DNA of 64,000 bases from Bilabrum cf. latius (GCA_965178125.1 OZ237759.1:62001-126000), one strand, 5' to 3'; numbered from the stretch's first letter, positions 12,156-25,298 are shown. Translations and numbers: made by a program. The notes: generated by a model not told the origin, from the letters alone.

Positions 12156-13058
12156 ATGGCAGGAACTAGCCCACCCTTATCTCCCCGGTCGCCGAGGTCT
12201 CTCGCTGCAGTTGCTTCTGAGGCCGATGACGTTCAGCAAATGCTTCGAGCATTGAAACTGGACAGGTACTGGCCATCCATGCGGGACGAGGGCTACGATG
12301 ATCTGGCCACATTACTTGAGCTAGACAATGAAGAAATCGAGGAGATGGTCGGCGCATGCTCGATGAAGAGAGGGCATGCCATAAAGTTGAAGAAGGCTAT
12401 ACAAGGATTGCGAGCTTCAGACCCAGCAGCAGATTCTGGGCCAGGCTCAGCATCTGCCGCTTTCCAGGGAACCACTGGCAACTAGGAGATGCCTGCATCG
12501 AGAAGAGATAGCGGATCGTTGCGAAGGGCCATGACATTCTCTTCGAGAACCGGCGACCTGCACGATGCTTTGGATTCAACTGGAAAGGACGGAGGCGATG
12601 CAGCTGGTCACAGTGGCGCCAGCAGCAAAGATAAAGGAAAATAGTCTGCTGCCCTTGGTGGTAGTGGTGGTTCTGAGGCTGGCGGTGCAGGCGCTGGTGG
12701 TGCTTCCGCAGAAGCACCTGGCCGCACAACGAGCGGTAGGCAGCGCGCCGCGCAGCTCATGGATGCCATGGGCACGAGCAGCCTTGATACGGCTGTGACG
12801 GTGCTCAAGGCGGTCACACGGATGCAGGCACTCGTGCGGACGAAGAGCGCCCGTCGCATGTACGGCAAGATGCTCTTCGACAAGTACCGCGAGGAGGAGG
12901 ACGAGCACCGCGCCGAGGAGCAGCGCAAGCTGGAGGAAGGCATGCGGCTGCTGGAGAGGAAGGACACCGAGAGGGCCATGAGGGAGGCTCAGCTGCTCGC
13001 GCGCTTCCAGGACTTTGACAAGCAGACTCAAGACGGCGGCGAAGGGGTAGGGACGTGA
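12156..13058 (+). CDS. SAM-domain protein with IQ-like motif and coiled coil
   Basis: SAM-like VQQMLRALKLDRYWPSMRDEGYDDLATLLEL...MKRGHAIKLKKAI and IQ-like VTRMQALVRTKSARR. ORFs 12156 and 12759 are in one frame, joined through TAG 12483 and 12642. Ends TGA. Confidence 0.7.
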
Positions 13059-13150
13059 TGCACCGTGGTGGGCACGTGGATTGCAAGATGTAAAAAATAA
13101 GACTGGAAGACGCTTTTGACCAGCGGTTCGTTCTGTATCATATGATCCAA

Positions 13151-14838
13151 TCACATGTACGTCTTGGGGTCGATCTTGTCGGGCAGTGCCGGTACCTTGA
13201 CCGCGAACCGCTCCTATACCGCCGCAAGCGACTTCTCGTCCGTCTCGGTGGCCACGAAGGAGATGGCCAGGCCCTTGGTGCCGAACCGACCGGCCCTGCC
13301 CACGCGATGCAAGTACTGGTCCGCAGGGGGCTCCTATGACTTGTTATCGGGCTGGGGGAAGTCGTAGTTGATCACGATGTTGACGTTCTCCACGTCGATG
13401 CCTCGCCCGAACAGGTTGGTTGCCACGAGGATGCGGGCCGTGGACCGCTTGAAGCCCGTGTACAGTTCGATGCGCTTCTTCTGCGGCATGGAGCCGTTGA
13501 TGTGGATGGAGGGGAAGTTGCTTTCCTTAAGGAGGCGGTCGAGCTCCCTGGACCGGGCTGAGGTGGACACGAAGATGACCACCTGGTTGAAGTCCAATGA
13601 GTCGAGCAGGTCAATCAGCTTGCGGTTCTTCTTCGCGTCATCCAGTTTCACGAAATACTGCTGCAGCCCGTGCAAGGTGAGCTTGCTGTCTGCGTCCACG
13701 TAGATCTCATAGGGGTCCTGGAGGAACTTGTGGCACACGGGGCGCACTTCCTCCGAGAGCGTGGCGCTGAACATCATGACCTGCTTCTCGGGGGGAGTCT
13801 TGAGGAAGATCTTTTGGACCTGCTGGCGCATGTCGGCGCCGGCCAGCATCTTGTCGCACTCATCCACCACGAAGAACTTGACCTTGTCCGTCTTGAGCGC
13901 GCCCGTCTCGATCATGTGGAACACGCGCCCGGGCGTGCCCACCACCACGTGGGGCGACTTCGCCTGCAGCTCCCGCTGGTGCACGCGGTAGTCCACTCCG
14001 CCGAAGAGTACCATCGTCTTGATGGCAGGCTCCTTCATGAACTTGCTGAAGCGGTTGTACTCGTACCCGATCTGGAAGGCCAGCTCGCGCGTGTGAGCGA
14101 GCACAATGATGCTCGTCTCGCCGTCCTTGGGGACCAGCTGGTTCAATGTGGTGAGAACGAACACGGCCGTCTTTCCCATACCAGACTTGGCCTGGCAAAG
14201 GATATCCATGCCCATGATAGCCTGAGGAATGGCCTCGTGCTGGACTGCGAACTAGAACAGGGCAGCAGGAGTCATCTGAGCGTGGTTGGCCCTATAGCTG
14301 CGGCGAACCACACATACACTGGAGGCAGTGACCAAATGAATCACCGACGAGTTGATCTGAACCTCAATCAGCGGAACGCGAGGCGCAGCTGGCAGTCGAC
14401 ATGGATGTGGGCAGGGCGCCGGTGTTGTCGGGACCTTCACGCCCGCGAGGCTGGCCTCGGCGTGCTTGAAAGAAAACGCGCCCAACTTAAAACTCACCCT
14501 CCGAAGGGTTTTCAAAGCCGCACTCTACGATGGCCTTCAGAAGATCGGGCTTCAGCAGGAAGTCGCGGAAATCGGAAGAATGCACACCAACCTGGTGGCC
14601 CCTGCGGTATCACAAAGATATACGTACAGCATGAATGGATTGATACATCTATCGGTTTGAACAGTGCCAACCAATTGACGCTTTCTCGTGAAAACGCCAC
14701 AAACAGCGCCTCTTACTTCTTCCCGGCCTTCGCATCGTCCCCTCCTTCCGCCTTATCGGCCACAGCATCGGCGGCAGCCTCCTCCTCTTCGTCATATACG
14801 AGATCTTCTTCCTCCTTCGACGAAGCAACGGCGGCCAT
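13151..14838 (-). CDS. UAP56: DEAD-box (DECD) RNA helicase UAP56/SUB2
   Basis: [75 protein letters not shown]. Introns 14602..14716 and 14245..14497. TAG at 13334 and at 13214 (AAV-TAG-ERF, conserved VQxRF). Ends TGA. Confidence 0.95.
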
Positions 14839-14992
14839 GACTGCAGGTTCAGGGGTGTTGCCCCTGGCGGTTCATTCTTGAATTATAACGTTCGAATTGT
14901 GTGGTTTATCGTATATTTGGTTTATTGATACAACTGGTCGCTACAAATGCCAAGACCGCGGTCATCGGCTATTTCACGCTACTGCTGTCGAC

Positions 14993-16269
14993 ATGCTTGC
15001 CAGAGTTGCGCGTTCTGCCAGGAGTTTGTCTAGCAGCATGGTGCGGTCGTCCCGCGCCATGTCCACGTCTGCCAAGGTGTGGATTAACGCCGATACGAAA
15101 GTAATGGTACAAGGATTTACCGGAAAGCAGGTGAGCGCACGAAATTCACGCTTGGAGCACCTTTGGAAGCACAGAACAAGGCAATTCATCGTATGTTTTG
15201 CTGCGCAGTGTGTTTGTTTCGCATCCAGTCTTGGTTGGTGTCATGAACTGGCCAGCAAGCCCAAGCTGCGAACCTGTCGTGCTCCGAATGGTAGCGCTCC
15301 GCGAAGATGTTTTCCAGCCGTGTTTCACACCAATTGGCTGACCAGGACACTATAACATCTCACTGCATTGCATGCCGACCTTCAGCGCCAGCTTCTCTCT
15401 AGAATGCATGCAAGTCTTGGTACCGTCGCACGCAGGGCACCTTCCACAGCCAGCAGGCCATCGACTACGGAACAAACATTGTTGGTGGCACAAACCCCAA
15501 GAAAGCTGGCACAAAGCACTTGGATCGGCCCGTATTTGCCTCAGTGAAGGATTGTGTGAGCGAGACTGGCGCTGATGCGTCGGTGATCTTCGTGCCCCCT
15601 CCGCTGGCAGCCAACGCCGTGCTGGAGGCCATCGAGGCCGAGGTGCCTCTGGTGGTGTGCATCACCGAGGGTATCCCCCAGCAGGACATGGTGCGCGTCA
15701 AGAACGCCTTGCTCGCCCAGGACAAGACTCGCTTGATTGGTCCCAACTGCCCTGGCATCATTAAGCCAGGCGAGTGCAAGATCGGCATCATGCCCGGGTA
15801 CATCCATCAGAAGGGCAAGATCGGGATCGTGTCCAGGTCGGGCACGCTCACTTACGAGGCGGTGGCGCAGACCACCTCGACGGGCCTGGGCCAGTCCACG
15901 GTGGTGGGCATCGGCGGTGACCCTTTCAACGGGACGGACTTTATCGACTGCCTGGAGCGGTTCACCAACGACCCCGAGACCGAGGGCATCATCATGATCG
16001 GAGAGATCGGAGGATAGGCCGAGGAGGACGCCGCCGAGTGGCTCAAGGCCAACGGGGACCCCAGCAAGCCCGTCGTGGGCTTCATCGCGGGCCGGACGGC
16101 ACCCCCAGGCAGGCGCATGGGCCACGCCGGCGCCATTGTGAGCGGTGGCAAGGGCACTGCTGACGCCAAGATCGACGCCATGCGCGCTGCTGGCGTGCAC
16201 GTGAGCGAGTCTCCCGCGCAGATGGGCGTGCTCATGCTGGACGCGATGAAGAAGGCGGGCAAGGCCTGA
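14993..16269 (+). CDS. SUCLG1: Succinyl-CoA ligase alpha subunit, mitochondrial
   Basis: Arg/Ser-rich presequence, [41 protein letters not shown](TAG)AEE, and RRMGHAGA (catalytic His downstream of the TAG at 16015). Intron 15131..15435. Ends TGA. Confidence 0.95.
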
Positions 16270-16571
16270 GGGCCAACGCAGCGAGGGGCCATGGAAGACT
16301 GACGGAGGGCGCAAGTCGTGTGAACAGGACGTGCGGGCAGATAAATCGTAGTTTTGCTGTTTCATTCATTAGCATGCGAGCTTTGCAGCGGCCTCTATAA
16401 GTGGCCGCGAGGTATTGCCGCAAAGGCTGTAGACTAGTCTAGGCTGGATACGCACACGAACGCGGCATCCGTTCCCCCGCCAGTTCGGGTGTCAACAAAA
16501 CGATGCTCTAACCCAACCAATCACAAAAATTCTTGAACATCCATGAGCCCACCGGTCCATCCGCAGTCCGA

Positions 16572-19404
16572 TCAGTCGTAAATGTCATCGTCGTCGTCAT
16601 CCTCCATACCGCCCAGCTCGGGCACGGCCAGGTCGGCCCGCGCGAACATGCCCGCTGGCACTCTGTCGTCGCCTTCCCCTCCCGCCCCCGCGTTCACGTC
16701 CATTTGCGCCTCGAGCGCCTGCTTGTGCTGGGCGTACTCCTCCATGGCGCGATCGTCCACGGAGCGCTTGGTTGAGGCGCGCGCCTTCTGGAATGCCTCC
16801 GTGCTGACGGCCCAGTCCTGCGTGTCGTCGGAGGCCCTCTTGGTGGCCACTGAGTCGGCGCTACCCTCCGCCTTGTACTGCTTGAACAGGTCCATCATGC
16901 GGGTCAGCCGCTCCCGCACGCTGATCTTGACCGCCAGCTGGCACAGCCCTGCCACGTCCGAGCCGGTGAACTTGTCGCACGAATCGCACAGCGCCTGCAC
17001 GTCGACGTCCCTTGCCACGCAGGTCTTGCGCAGTACCGCCTTGAAGATAGCCAGGCGACCCTCGCGGTCGGGCAGCGGGATGTAGATCAGCTGGTCCAGT
17101 CGGCCAGGGCGCCGCAGCGCGCTGTCGATCTGGTCGGGCCGGTTGGTAGCTCCCACCACGAACACGTTCTTGCGCTCGCCCACGCCGTCCAGCTCGGTGA
17201 GCAGCTGGTTTACGGTAGAGTCCCCCGCTCCGTGGGACGAGGTGTCTCCTCCGCGCTGGGACGCGATGGAGTCCAGCTCGTCGAAGAACAGGATGCAGGG
17301 GGCCGCCTGCCTGGCCTTGTCGAACACCTCCCGAACGTTCTCCTCCGACTCGCCGAACCATTTGGTGAGCAGCTGCGGCCCCTTGATGCTGATAAAGTTG
17401 CTCTCGCACTCGTTGGCCATTGCCTTGGCGATCAACGTCTTACCGCACCCGGGGGGGCCGTACAGCAGCGCGCCCGAGGGTGGGTCCACTCCGAGCTCCT
17501 CGAAGTACTCGGGGTGCTTCACCGGCATCTCCACCATCTCACGCATGCTCTGCTTGACCTCCTCCAGCCCGCCAATGTCCGCGAACTTGACGTCCGGAGT
17601 CTCCACCACCACGTCCCGCATGGACGACGCCACCGTGATGGACATGGCCCCGTAGAAGTCCTTCATGTCGATCCTCAAAGAGTTCAGGTACTCGGCCGGG
17701 ATGTCCTCCTCCTCCATGTCCATCAGACCCTTGGCACTCCGGCGAATCGAGGTCACCGCTGCTTTCATGCACAGTGAGGCGAGGTCAGCACCAACGTACC
17801 CGTGCGTCACCTCGGCGAGTCGCGTCAAGTCAACATCATCCCCGAGCTTCATCTTACGGGTGAGGATCTGCAGGATCTCCTCCCTGGCGTCCTTGCTGGG
17901 CACCGGCACGATGATCTCCGTGTCGAATCGGCCCGCGCGCCTCAGGGCCGGGTCCAGCGCGTTGGGCCTGTTGGTGGCCCCGATGACCATGATGTGCACG
18001 TCTCCCTTGATCCCGTCCATGCACGTGAGGAGGGTGGCCACCACCCTGCGCATGGTCTCGTCTTGCGTCTTGTCCCTGTTGGGCGCGATTGCATCGATCT
18101 CGTCGATGAAAAGGATGGCCCCGTTGGCCACCTCATCCCCCTTGACGATCTCTTCCATGTTCTGGAACATGTCGCGGAGGGCCTTCTCGCTGCCTCCCCT
18201 CTGCCCGCTCATGATCTCGGGGCCGTTGATTGTCTTGAAGATGCACCCCGTCTCGTTTGCAATGGCCCGCGCGATCATGGTCTTGCCAGTCCCCGGTGGC
18301 CCGTGCATGAGCACTCCCTTGGGCGGGCGCACACCCAGCGTGCGGAAGAGGCGGGGGTGCTTCAGCGGCAGCTCCACGGTCTCCCTGATCTTCTGCAGCT
18401 GCTCCTTGAGCCCACCGATGTCATCGTACCCTATCTGGTTGAGGTCCGTCTCGCTGTCCTCCTGCGAGATCTTCTCCATCAGGTCCAAAGCGGTCGACTG
18501 CGCGCCCAGGTCCGTCCTCACAATCCCGTAGTCCTTGTCGTCCTGCGACTCGACCTCCTCCACGCGGAACCACACTTCGTTCATAGCGGCATACACGCAG
18601 AACAGGTCCCCCGCCCGCACCACGCGCTCCTCTGCCTGGAAGTACGGCACCAAAGCGATGCGGTTCAGGTCGCCGGTCACACCCTCCACAGTCTCCGCGA
18701 TGGGGGCAACCTTAACGGACCGCAGGTTCTGAGGAGTGGCAGGCTCGATGAATACCCTATCGGTTGGACTGACTGCCAGGTTCTTTCTTTGATTCTGGTG
18801 GATACCTACCTGTCCGACCGGCACCTCCTCGTCAGCTTCAACCTACAGAACAGTTGCGCGCTTCTTTCGCCCCTTGACCAAGACATAATCGTTTTCAAAA
18901 ATATCTAGCTCGTCCATTGAGTCAGGGTTCATACTGCACACGCTGTTCTCGTGCATGAACTTTACACCCTCCTCGCCATCCTGATTTTGGCCTCGATGCG
19001 ATACAAACCTCTGATCGAGTTGTGTTACACCTGCGATGTATGGCAATATAACATGTGCGGGCCGTATTCCATGTAATCAGAACGGCACAATGGATGACTG
19101 CAGGGTGCAGAACAGCCGGGACTTTGACGATCAGCATTCACCCAACCTGCACTGCATTTGCAGAGCAGCACACACTTCCCATCGACACCCCTCAACTATA
19201 GTTTAGTTGTTTAATCCAGCTGGCCAGCCTTTGATTGCTGCCATTCCATGCCAATCGCATTGGACAGGGGACGAGAACGCCGAATGCAGATCCCGGACCA
19301 ATCACACAATCCTCACTAAAAATGAACTTGCTAGCTCCAGGAAGCCTAGGTCCATCCCCTCCAGCACCTGATCCATCACCATCTGCGCCTCCAGCAGCAG
19401 CCAT
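16572..19404 (-). CDS. CDC48: CDC48/p97-family AAA+ ATPase (divergent)
   Basis: Two AAA modules (GPPGTGKT/FIDEID; GPPGCGKT/FFDELD), GYDDIGG, RPGRLDQLIYIPLPD, acidic C-terminus DDDDIYD, N-domain VLVKGRKKRATVL(TAG)V. TAG at 18843. Probable intron 19031..19316, first exon less certain. Ends TGA. Confidence 0.88.
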
Positions 19405-19591
19405 TATGTTCAAGGGGGTCTCAATATGCTCGCGTTTCGAGTAAACCGGGATCTTCCGGCGCCTAGCCTAAATCGCACTTTACAATTAAAATCTGGTTCC
19501 TCCTTTTGCTGGCCAATGATTCATACAGAGTAGGACACGCAGTGCCTGAGAGTCGATAAAATAAATTCAATACTTGATAACTGCGATTAAT

Positions 19592-22057
19592 ATGGCAGGA
19601 CAAGGACAAGGAGGCGGATTCAACCCAAATGCCCAGCCTTTCCAGCCAGGGCAAGGTGGCTACGGCGCGTACGCCCCGTATGGCGGTCAGTGTGAGACAA
19701 TTCCTGGCTACATTGAATGATTGCAAGGTAGTGTTGTGCAGGCGGTGCGGACAGCATCCGCTGAAGACCCTTTGTATTCCGAGGAATTGGCACGTTCCGA
19801 TGTTCCCATACTGCTCGCCTCCGCACTTGCAGACGGCCAGGCTCCCCAGGGTGCCTACGGTTACGGCGCATATGCGGGCCAGCCACAGGTTGCGGGCCAG
19901 GGAGGCGCATACGCCCAAGCAGCGCAGTTCCAAGCGGCAGCTGCTGCGCAGGCAGCTGCGGCCCAGCAGTACGGGGCTGCCCCTGGCGGGCTCGCTGTCG
20001 GAGCACCTGCTTTTGTGCCGCGAGGATCTGCGTTCGGCGGAGCTCCCGTCCCAGCACCGGCGCATGCGGCCGCCCCCGCCCCCGGTCCTGCCCCCGTGCA
20101 GCCATTCGTCGGTGGCGGCGCCGCGCCGGTGCCAGCAGGCATGGGCATGGGCGGCGAGGGCGGCATCACGCTGGATGCCATCATGGCGGGCAACAGCAAG
20201 GGGAAGGGCAAGAAGAAGGGAAAGAAGGGCAAGAAGGGTAAGGGCAAGGGCAAGGCTGCGGCCGCAGACCCCAGCACCGTGGGGGGCGGTCTCTTCGGTG
20301 CCCCCGACAGCTCCAAGGGTGCGGGGGCGGGCCCTCTCCGGATCGGGGACACGCCTGTCAAGGCCCCTGAGGTGGAGCTGAAGGGACCCTCGCTCTCATT
20401 GGCCGTCGGAGGGGTGACTGCGACTGCAACGGCGTCCACTGAGCCTGCTGGCGAGGAGGCCGCCGAAGCTGCCGCCGCGCCTGCTCCCGCCTCGAGTGAA
20501 GCCAAGGCAGATGCAGAATCAGCGCCTGAGGCAGCGACCCAGGCAGAGATGCCGCCTGCCGCTAGCGGTGCGGGGGGCACAACGGCTGAGGAGGAGGCAG
20601 CGGCCAAGGCAGCGGAGGCCAAGGAGGAGGAGGAGGCAGATGCTGCCGAGTCGCCCTCCTCCGGGGCAGCGAGCATGCTGGCGGCAGCCCGGACCCAGCG
20701 AGCGGCTTACAAGGCCGGGGAGGACGGGACGGATCCTCGTGAGCACTTCAACGTGGTGTTCATGGGGCACGTGGACGCGGGGAAGAGCACTCTGTCCGGG
20801 AACATCTTGTTCCTGACGGGCATGGTGGACGACCGGGTGATCGACAAGTTCAAGCGAGAGGCCAAGAGCAAGAACCGCGAGTCGTGGTTCCTGGCCTTCA
20901 TCATGGACACGAGCGAGGAGGAGAGGGAGAAGGGCAAGACCGTCGAGGTGGGCAGGGCGCACTTCGACACGGAGAACAAGCGGTTCACCATCCTGGACGC
21001 TCCCGGCCACAAGGCCTTCGTGCCCAACATGATCCAGGGGGCCTCTGCGGCTGACCTCGGGGTGCTGGTCATCTCTGCCAGGAAGGGCGAGTTCGAGACT
21101 GGCTTCGAGCGGGGCGGGCAGACACGGGAGCACACGCTGCTGGCCAAGACCCTGGGTGTCAGCAAGCTCATCGTGGCGGTCAACAAGATGGACGAACCAT
21201 CGGTGCAGTGGGCCGAGTCCCGCTGGCAGGAGATCCAGGACAAGCTCACCCCCTTCTTGAAGAAGAGCGGGTACAAGAGCAAGCACGTGCAGTACGTGCC
21301 CATCAGCGGGCTCAACGGGGCCAACGTGAAGGACCCCGTGGGCAAGGACGTGTGCCCCTGGTACGAGGGACCCTCGCTGCTGCAGGTACTGGACGACATG
21401 AAGCTGCCCCACAGAGATGCCACCAAGCCCGTGCGCGTGCCCGTGCTGGATCGGATCATCGACCGGGGCGTGGTGGCACTGGGCAAGGTGGAGCAGGGGG
21501 TCATCGAGGTGGGCCAGACGTTGGCCATCATGCCCACCCGGAAGCTGGCCAAGATCGAGGCCATCACGCTGGACGACGAGACAGAGGTGCCCCGCGCCAG
21601 GCCAGGGGAGAACGTGCTCGTCAGGCTCAAGGGGGTCACGGACGCGGACGTGCAGCGCGGCTTCGTGTTGTGCGAGCCCGAGGCACCGTGCCCCGCGGTG
21701 CGCACGTTCCAGGCGCAGCTGCAGGTGAGCGACCTGGGGGAGCGGTCCCTGCTGACGGCCGGGTACTAGAGCATCCTGCACGTGCACACGAGCGCGGAGG
21801 AGTGCGTGCTGGAGAAGATCGTGAGCGTGGTCAACAGCAAGACAGGCAAGGAGGAGAAGGCCAAGTTCATCCGCTCCCACGTTGTGTGCACGGTGGTCAT
21901 CAGCGTCAGCCAGAGCATCTGCGTCGAGAAATTTGCCGACACTCCCCAGCTGGGCAGGTTCACCCTCCGCGACGAGGGCGTGACCATGGGAGTCGGGAAG
22001 ATCGTGGGCTTGCCGCGCAAGCAGGTCGAGGCGTCCACCGAGCCCGTCACCAAGTGA
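19592..22057 (+). CDS. SUP35: Eukaryotic peptide chain release factor 3 (eRF3/Sup35)
   Basis: REHFNVVFMGHVDAGKST, KNRESWFLAFIMDT, GKTVEVGRAHF, DAPGHK, ARKGEFETGFERGGQTREH, NKMD, C-terminal GRFTLRDEG. PAM2-like FNPNAQPFQP at the N-terminus. Intron 19692..19832. In-frame TAG at 21767. Ends TGA. Confidence 0.95.
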
Positions 22058-22253
22058 AGGGGATCAAATCAGGTCGGAGTCGCAGTTTGAAAGTGGATTC
22101 TACTTCATTCCCAGCAGCTGTGTATTTTCCAGTGGAAATTAATTGCAAATATGACTTCTGCACAAATCTGGAGACTCTGGACGAGACTTGGCACGCCATA
22201 GAGATCTAGTCAAGAGTGCTGCTAGTGATAGCAATTTGAGTTCCGGGATGCAA

Positions 22254-25143
22254 TTACCATGGCCTTGTGGCTCCGTCCCGCCCGCTGCCCCGACTTGAGT
22301 GCCTGCTTCCTGCTGCGCTACTCCTGGTGGAGGATGCCCGATCCCCCCGTCTTCCGTCAGTGCCTCCGTGGTGCGTCTATTTGCCAATAATACCTTCCTC
22401 GCCACCACCTGTACGCAGCGGTGGTACTGGCGGTCGCCCAGATGGGGGTGGCCCTGGCCTGGAACCTCCTGAAAATTCTCCCGCCCTGCCATTGCCCTTC
22501 CCCCTGCCCCCGCCACTGCCATGCGCAGCAACAGAGGAAGACGCGTCTCCTGCCCGCCTCCGCGATCCCTCCCCCAAGCCAATTCCCTCCGTGCCCCTCT
22601 CCGGCACCGATGGACCTGGATCCTACTCTGCACCCGAGCCTCGGCCTGACCCCGGCATAGCCCCAGCCCCAGTCGCTGACACGCGGCTCCGACCCCCCTC
22701 GCTGTCCGCAATGCTACCCCTGCCACTGCCGCTGCTCCTGACACTACCACCATCGCCAGCTCCAGCCCCCGCCCCAGCCGAGTACAAGTTATACACGCAC
22801 ACGCAGCAGTCCTCCCCGCCAGTGACGATCTGCCGCCCATCCGGGCTCCACTGCACGCTGGTGCACGCGCCGCTGTGGGCCGCGCGCACGTAGGCCAGCG
22901 GCATCTCGCTGGATCCCGGTCCCCTGGCCAGCCCAGCACCCGCTGCCTCCTCCCCTTCCCCGCACATGAACACGCGCAGAGCACCGTCCCCAGTGGCCGC
23001 AGCAAGCAGCTCACCAGAGGGGCTGACCGCCGCTGCCAGCACCGCGACTGCAGGCGCCTCCCGAGCCTCTGCCACTGGGCGCTCGGGCGTGTCTGGGTCC
23101 CACAGCAGCAAACGCCCGTCTTTCTGTCCCGAGACCAGCTCCCGCTCCCCCGTGGGGCGCTGGGCAAGGGCCGTGAATGCCGCGGCACTGCGGCTGGGCA
23201 GCGCGAACCCGCCCACCCTCCTTTCGCTCTTGAGGTCGTACGTGAACACGCACCTGTCCTGCCCCACGCTGTGCACCAGGGAAGGGCTCCCTGCGTCTGC
23301 GATGGCCCCCGTGCACGGCCCCTTGTGCTCGCTGAACTGAAGCAGCAGCTCCCGGGTGCCGCGCGCCCACACGCACACCCTGCCGTCATCTCCCCCCGAC
23401 AAAATGTAAGACTTCTGCAGCTACACCGCTCGCACAGCCCCTCGATGAGCGTCCAGCTCCCACTGCATATCAGCGAGCGGTGCCTCCGCCGAGGACCGGG
23501 ACACAGCCAGGGCCCCCGCCGACGTGGTGCGGGTGCTGCGCTTGGCCATCCGCGCCGCCCCCGTGGGGAGGTTTCCCACCGCACCTTGGGGCGCGTGCAT
23601 CCGTAATTTGCCATCCTCCCACCCGCTTAGCACGCCTGCCAGGTCGGCCAGAGGACCCGGACCCCCGCGCTCCCCCGCAGCACCCCCCGAGGGAACAAGG
23701 GCCAGGGCCGTGGCACCTGGAGGGGCCGCCTTGCTGGTGCGGCCCCCGCCCACCCCGGTGCCCCCCGCGCTCACCAAGGCACGCATGAGCACCTGGTAGT
23801 CGCTCAAGTCCCACACCAACACCTCCCCGTCATCCGCCCCGGTGGCCACCACGTCAGGTCGCCCCGCCCCGAAGGCCACAGCGTGCACCCTGGCCCCATG
23901 GGACCGCTCCAGCACCTCCCACGGGAACTCTCCTTCCTCCTCTGCCCCCCGCTTGCGTCCGTGCGAGTCGCCCTCCTCCACCGGCACTGCGATCCGCACG
24001 ATGGATCCAGTGGCGGTGCCCGCCAGCACCCACGCACCCGACCTGCTGACCGACAGTGACGTCACCGCGGCGCCCAGCGCCCCATCCCCCCCGCGCGCCT
24101 CCCCAGTACACACCCAGTCCCGTCCAGCCCCGCTGAACCGCCGCACGCTCCCGTCGCCTCCGCCCGCGAGGACAGACGCATCGGCGGCCAGTGCGAGGGC
24201 CGTCAACCCCCCGGTGGTCACGGGGAACACGCCCACGAAGCTGCGGCCCTCCAGAGAAAAGACGGCCATCTCCCCTGCCGTGGTGCCCGCCACCAGGTAC
24301 CCCTCCGGCGTGCACACGGCTGCAGGAGTGAATCCCCGCCTGAGCCCGGTGGAAGGCAGCGAGGCCCGCTCCGAGCCCAGGACGTAGGCCATGGCGCGGG
24401 GATCGAACCGGAGCGGGCACATGAACACGTGCGTGCCGCGAGCACCTACGCAAAGAGTATATCCCGGTCTCCTGCCCAGCTGCTCCACGGGTCCCCACGC
24501 GATGAACTCGACGGGGCACCCCATAGGGCGGGTGCCTGCTCCCGCCCCGGCGCTGTCCTGGTCGAAGCGCTTCAGGGCCACCTGCTCGCCAGTGCGCATG
24601 TCCCAAACCATGACCACGCCATCCTGTCCCGCCGCCGCCAAGAAGCGTGCATCTGGCGAAAGTCGAGCGATTGCTACCCCCCCAGTGAGTCCGTACAGCT
24701 CAAAGACTGGCCGGGCAGGTGCTTCGGAAGCGCCAGCCGTCTCCTTGTCAGGCAAGGTCTCCCAAACGATGACAGGGGAGTCACGTCCCTGCGGGTATAT
24801 AGGCAGCATAGATTGAATACGAAACCCAATGAAAGTGAGATGATCAAGGTGTCGCGCTGATTACTGTGCGGGCTTCCAGTTTACTTACTGCAGCCGCTGG
24901 CGACTACATCTGTCCAGACACCAACAACTCGCCGCGCTCAGAGAAATCAATAGAAGATACGAACGCATCATGTCCTCTCAAAAATTGCTGCTCGTGTGGA
25001 TTGTTGATATCACATGAAACTATGTGAGCACCCATCGCTGCGAAGTACCGGTCGTCGCTAGTCGGGTCGCATGCCAGGGTACCCGCCTAATGGCCAGTAA
25101 ATCCAAGAATATGTTCAAGCTCCAGCGGCTCAAGTCGGCTCAT
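22254..25143 (-). CDS. WD40-repeat protein, CFAP52/WDR16-like
   Basis: N-terminal LELEHILGFTG and PHEQQFLRGHD typical of the CFAP52 family, plus several WD repeats (VATGADDGEVLVWD, LSGGDDGRVCVW, IVTGGEDCCVCVY). Intron 24789..24888. TAG at 25087, 24904, 23421, 22623, 22377. Ends TAA at 22254-22256. Confidence 0.78.
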
Positions 25144-25298
25144 TGCGCACGGTTTCAGGAGTATTTAGTGGATCTTGTCTCGCAACGGATCGAAGCTGGT
25201 TGCGTGCTGTTTCCGATATATTGTCGACGCCAGTTGCAGTTGCACAAATCAGACCATGGAGACTTGGTGGGATTACTTTTTGGCTGTTCATTAAACAA

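Noticed and set aside
14245-19316. Intronic snoRNAs in the longer introns of UAP56, SUCLG1 and CDC48
   Set aside because: No convincing C/D box pair with a terminal stem or H/ACA structure was identified. An Infernal/Rfam scan would be needed.
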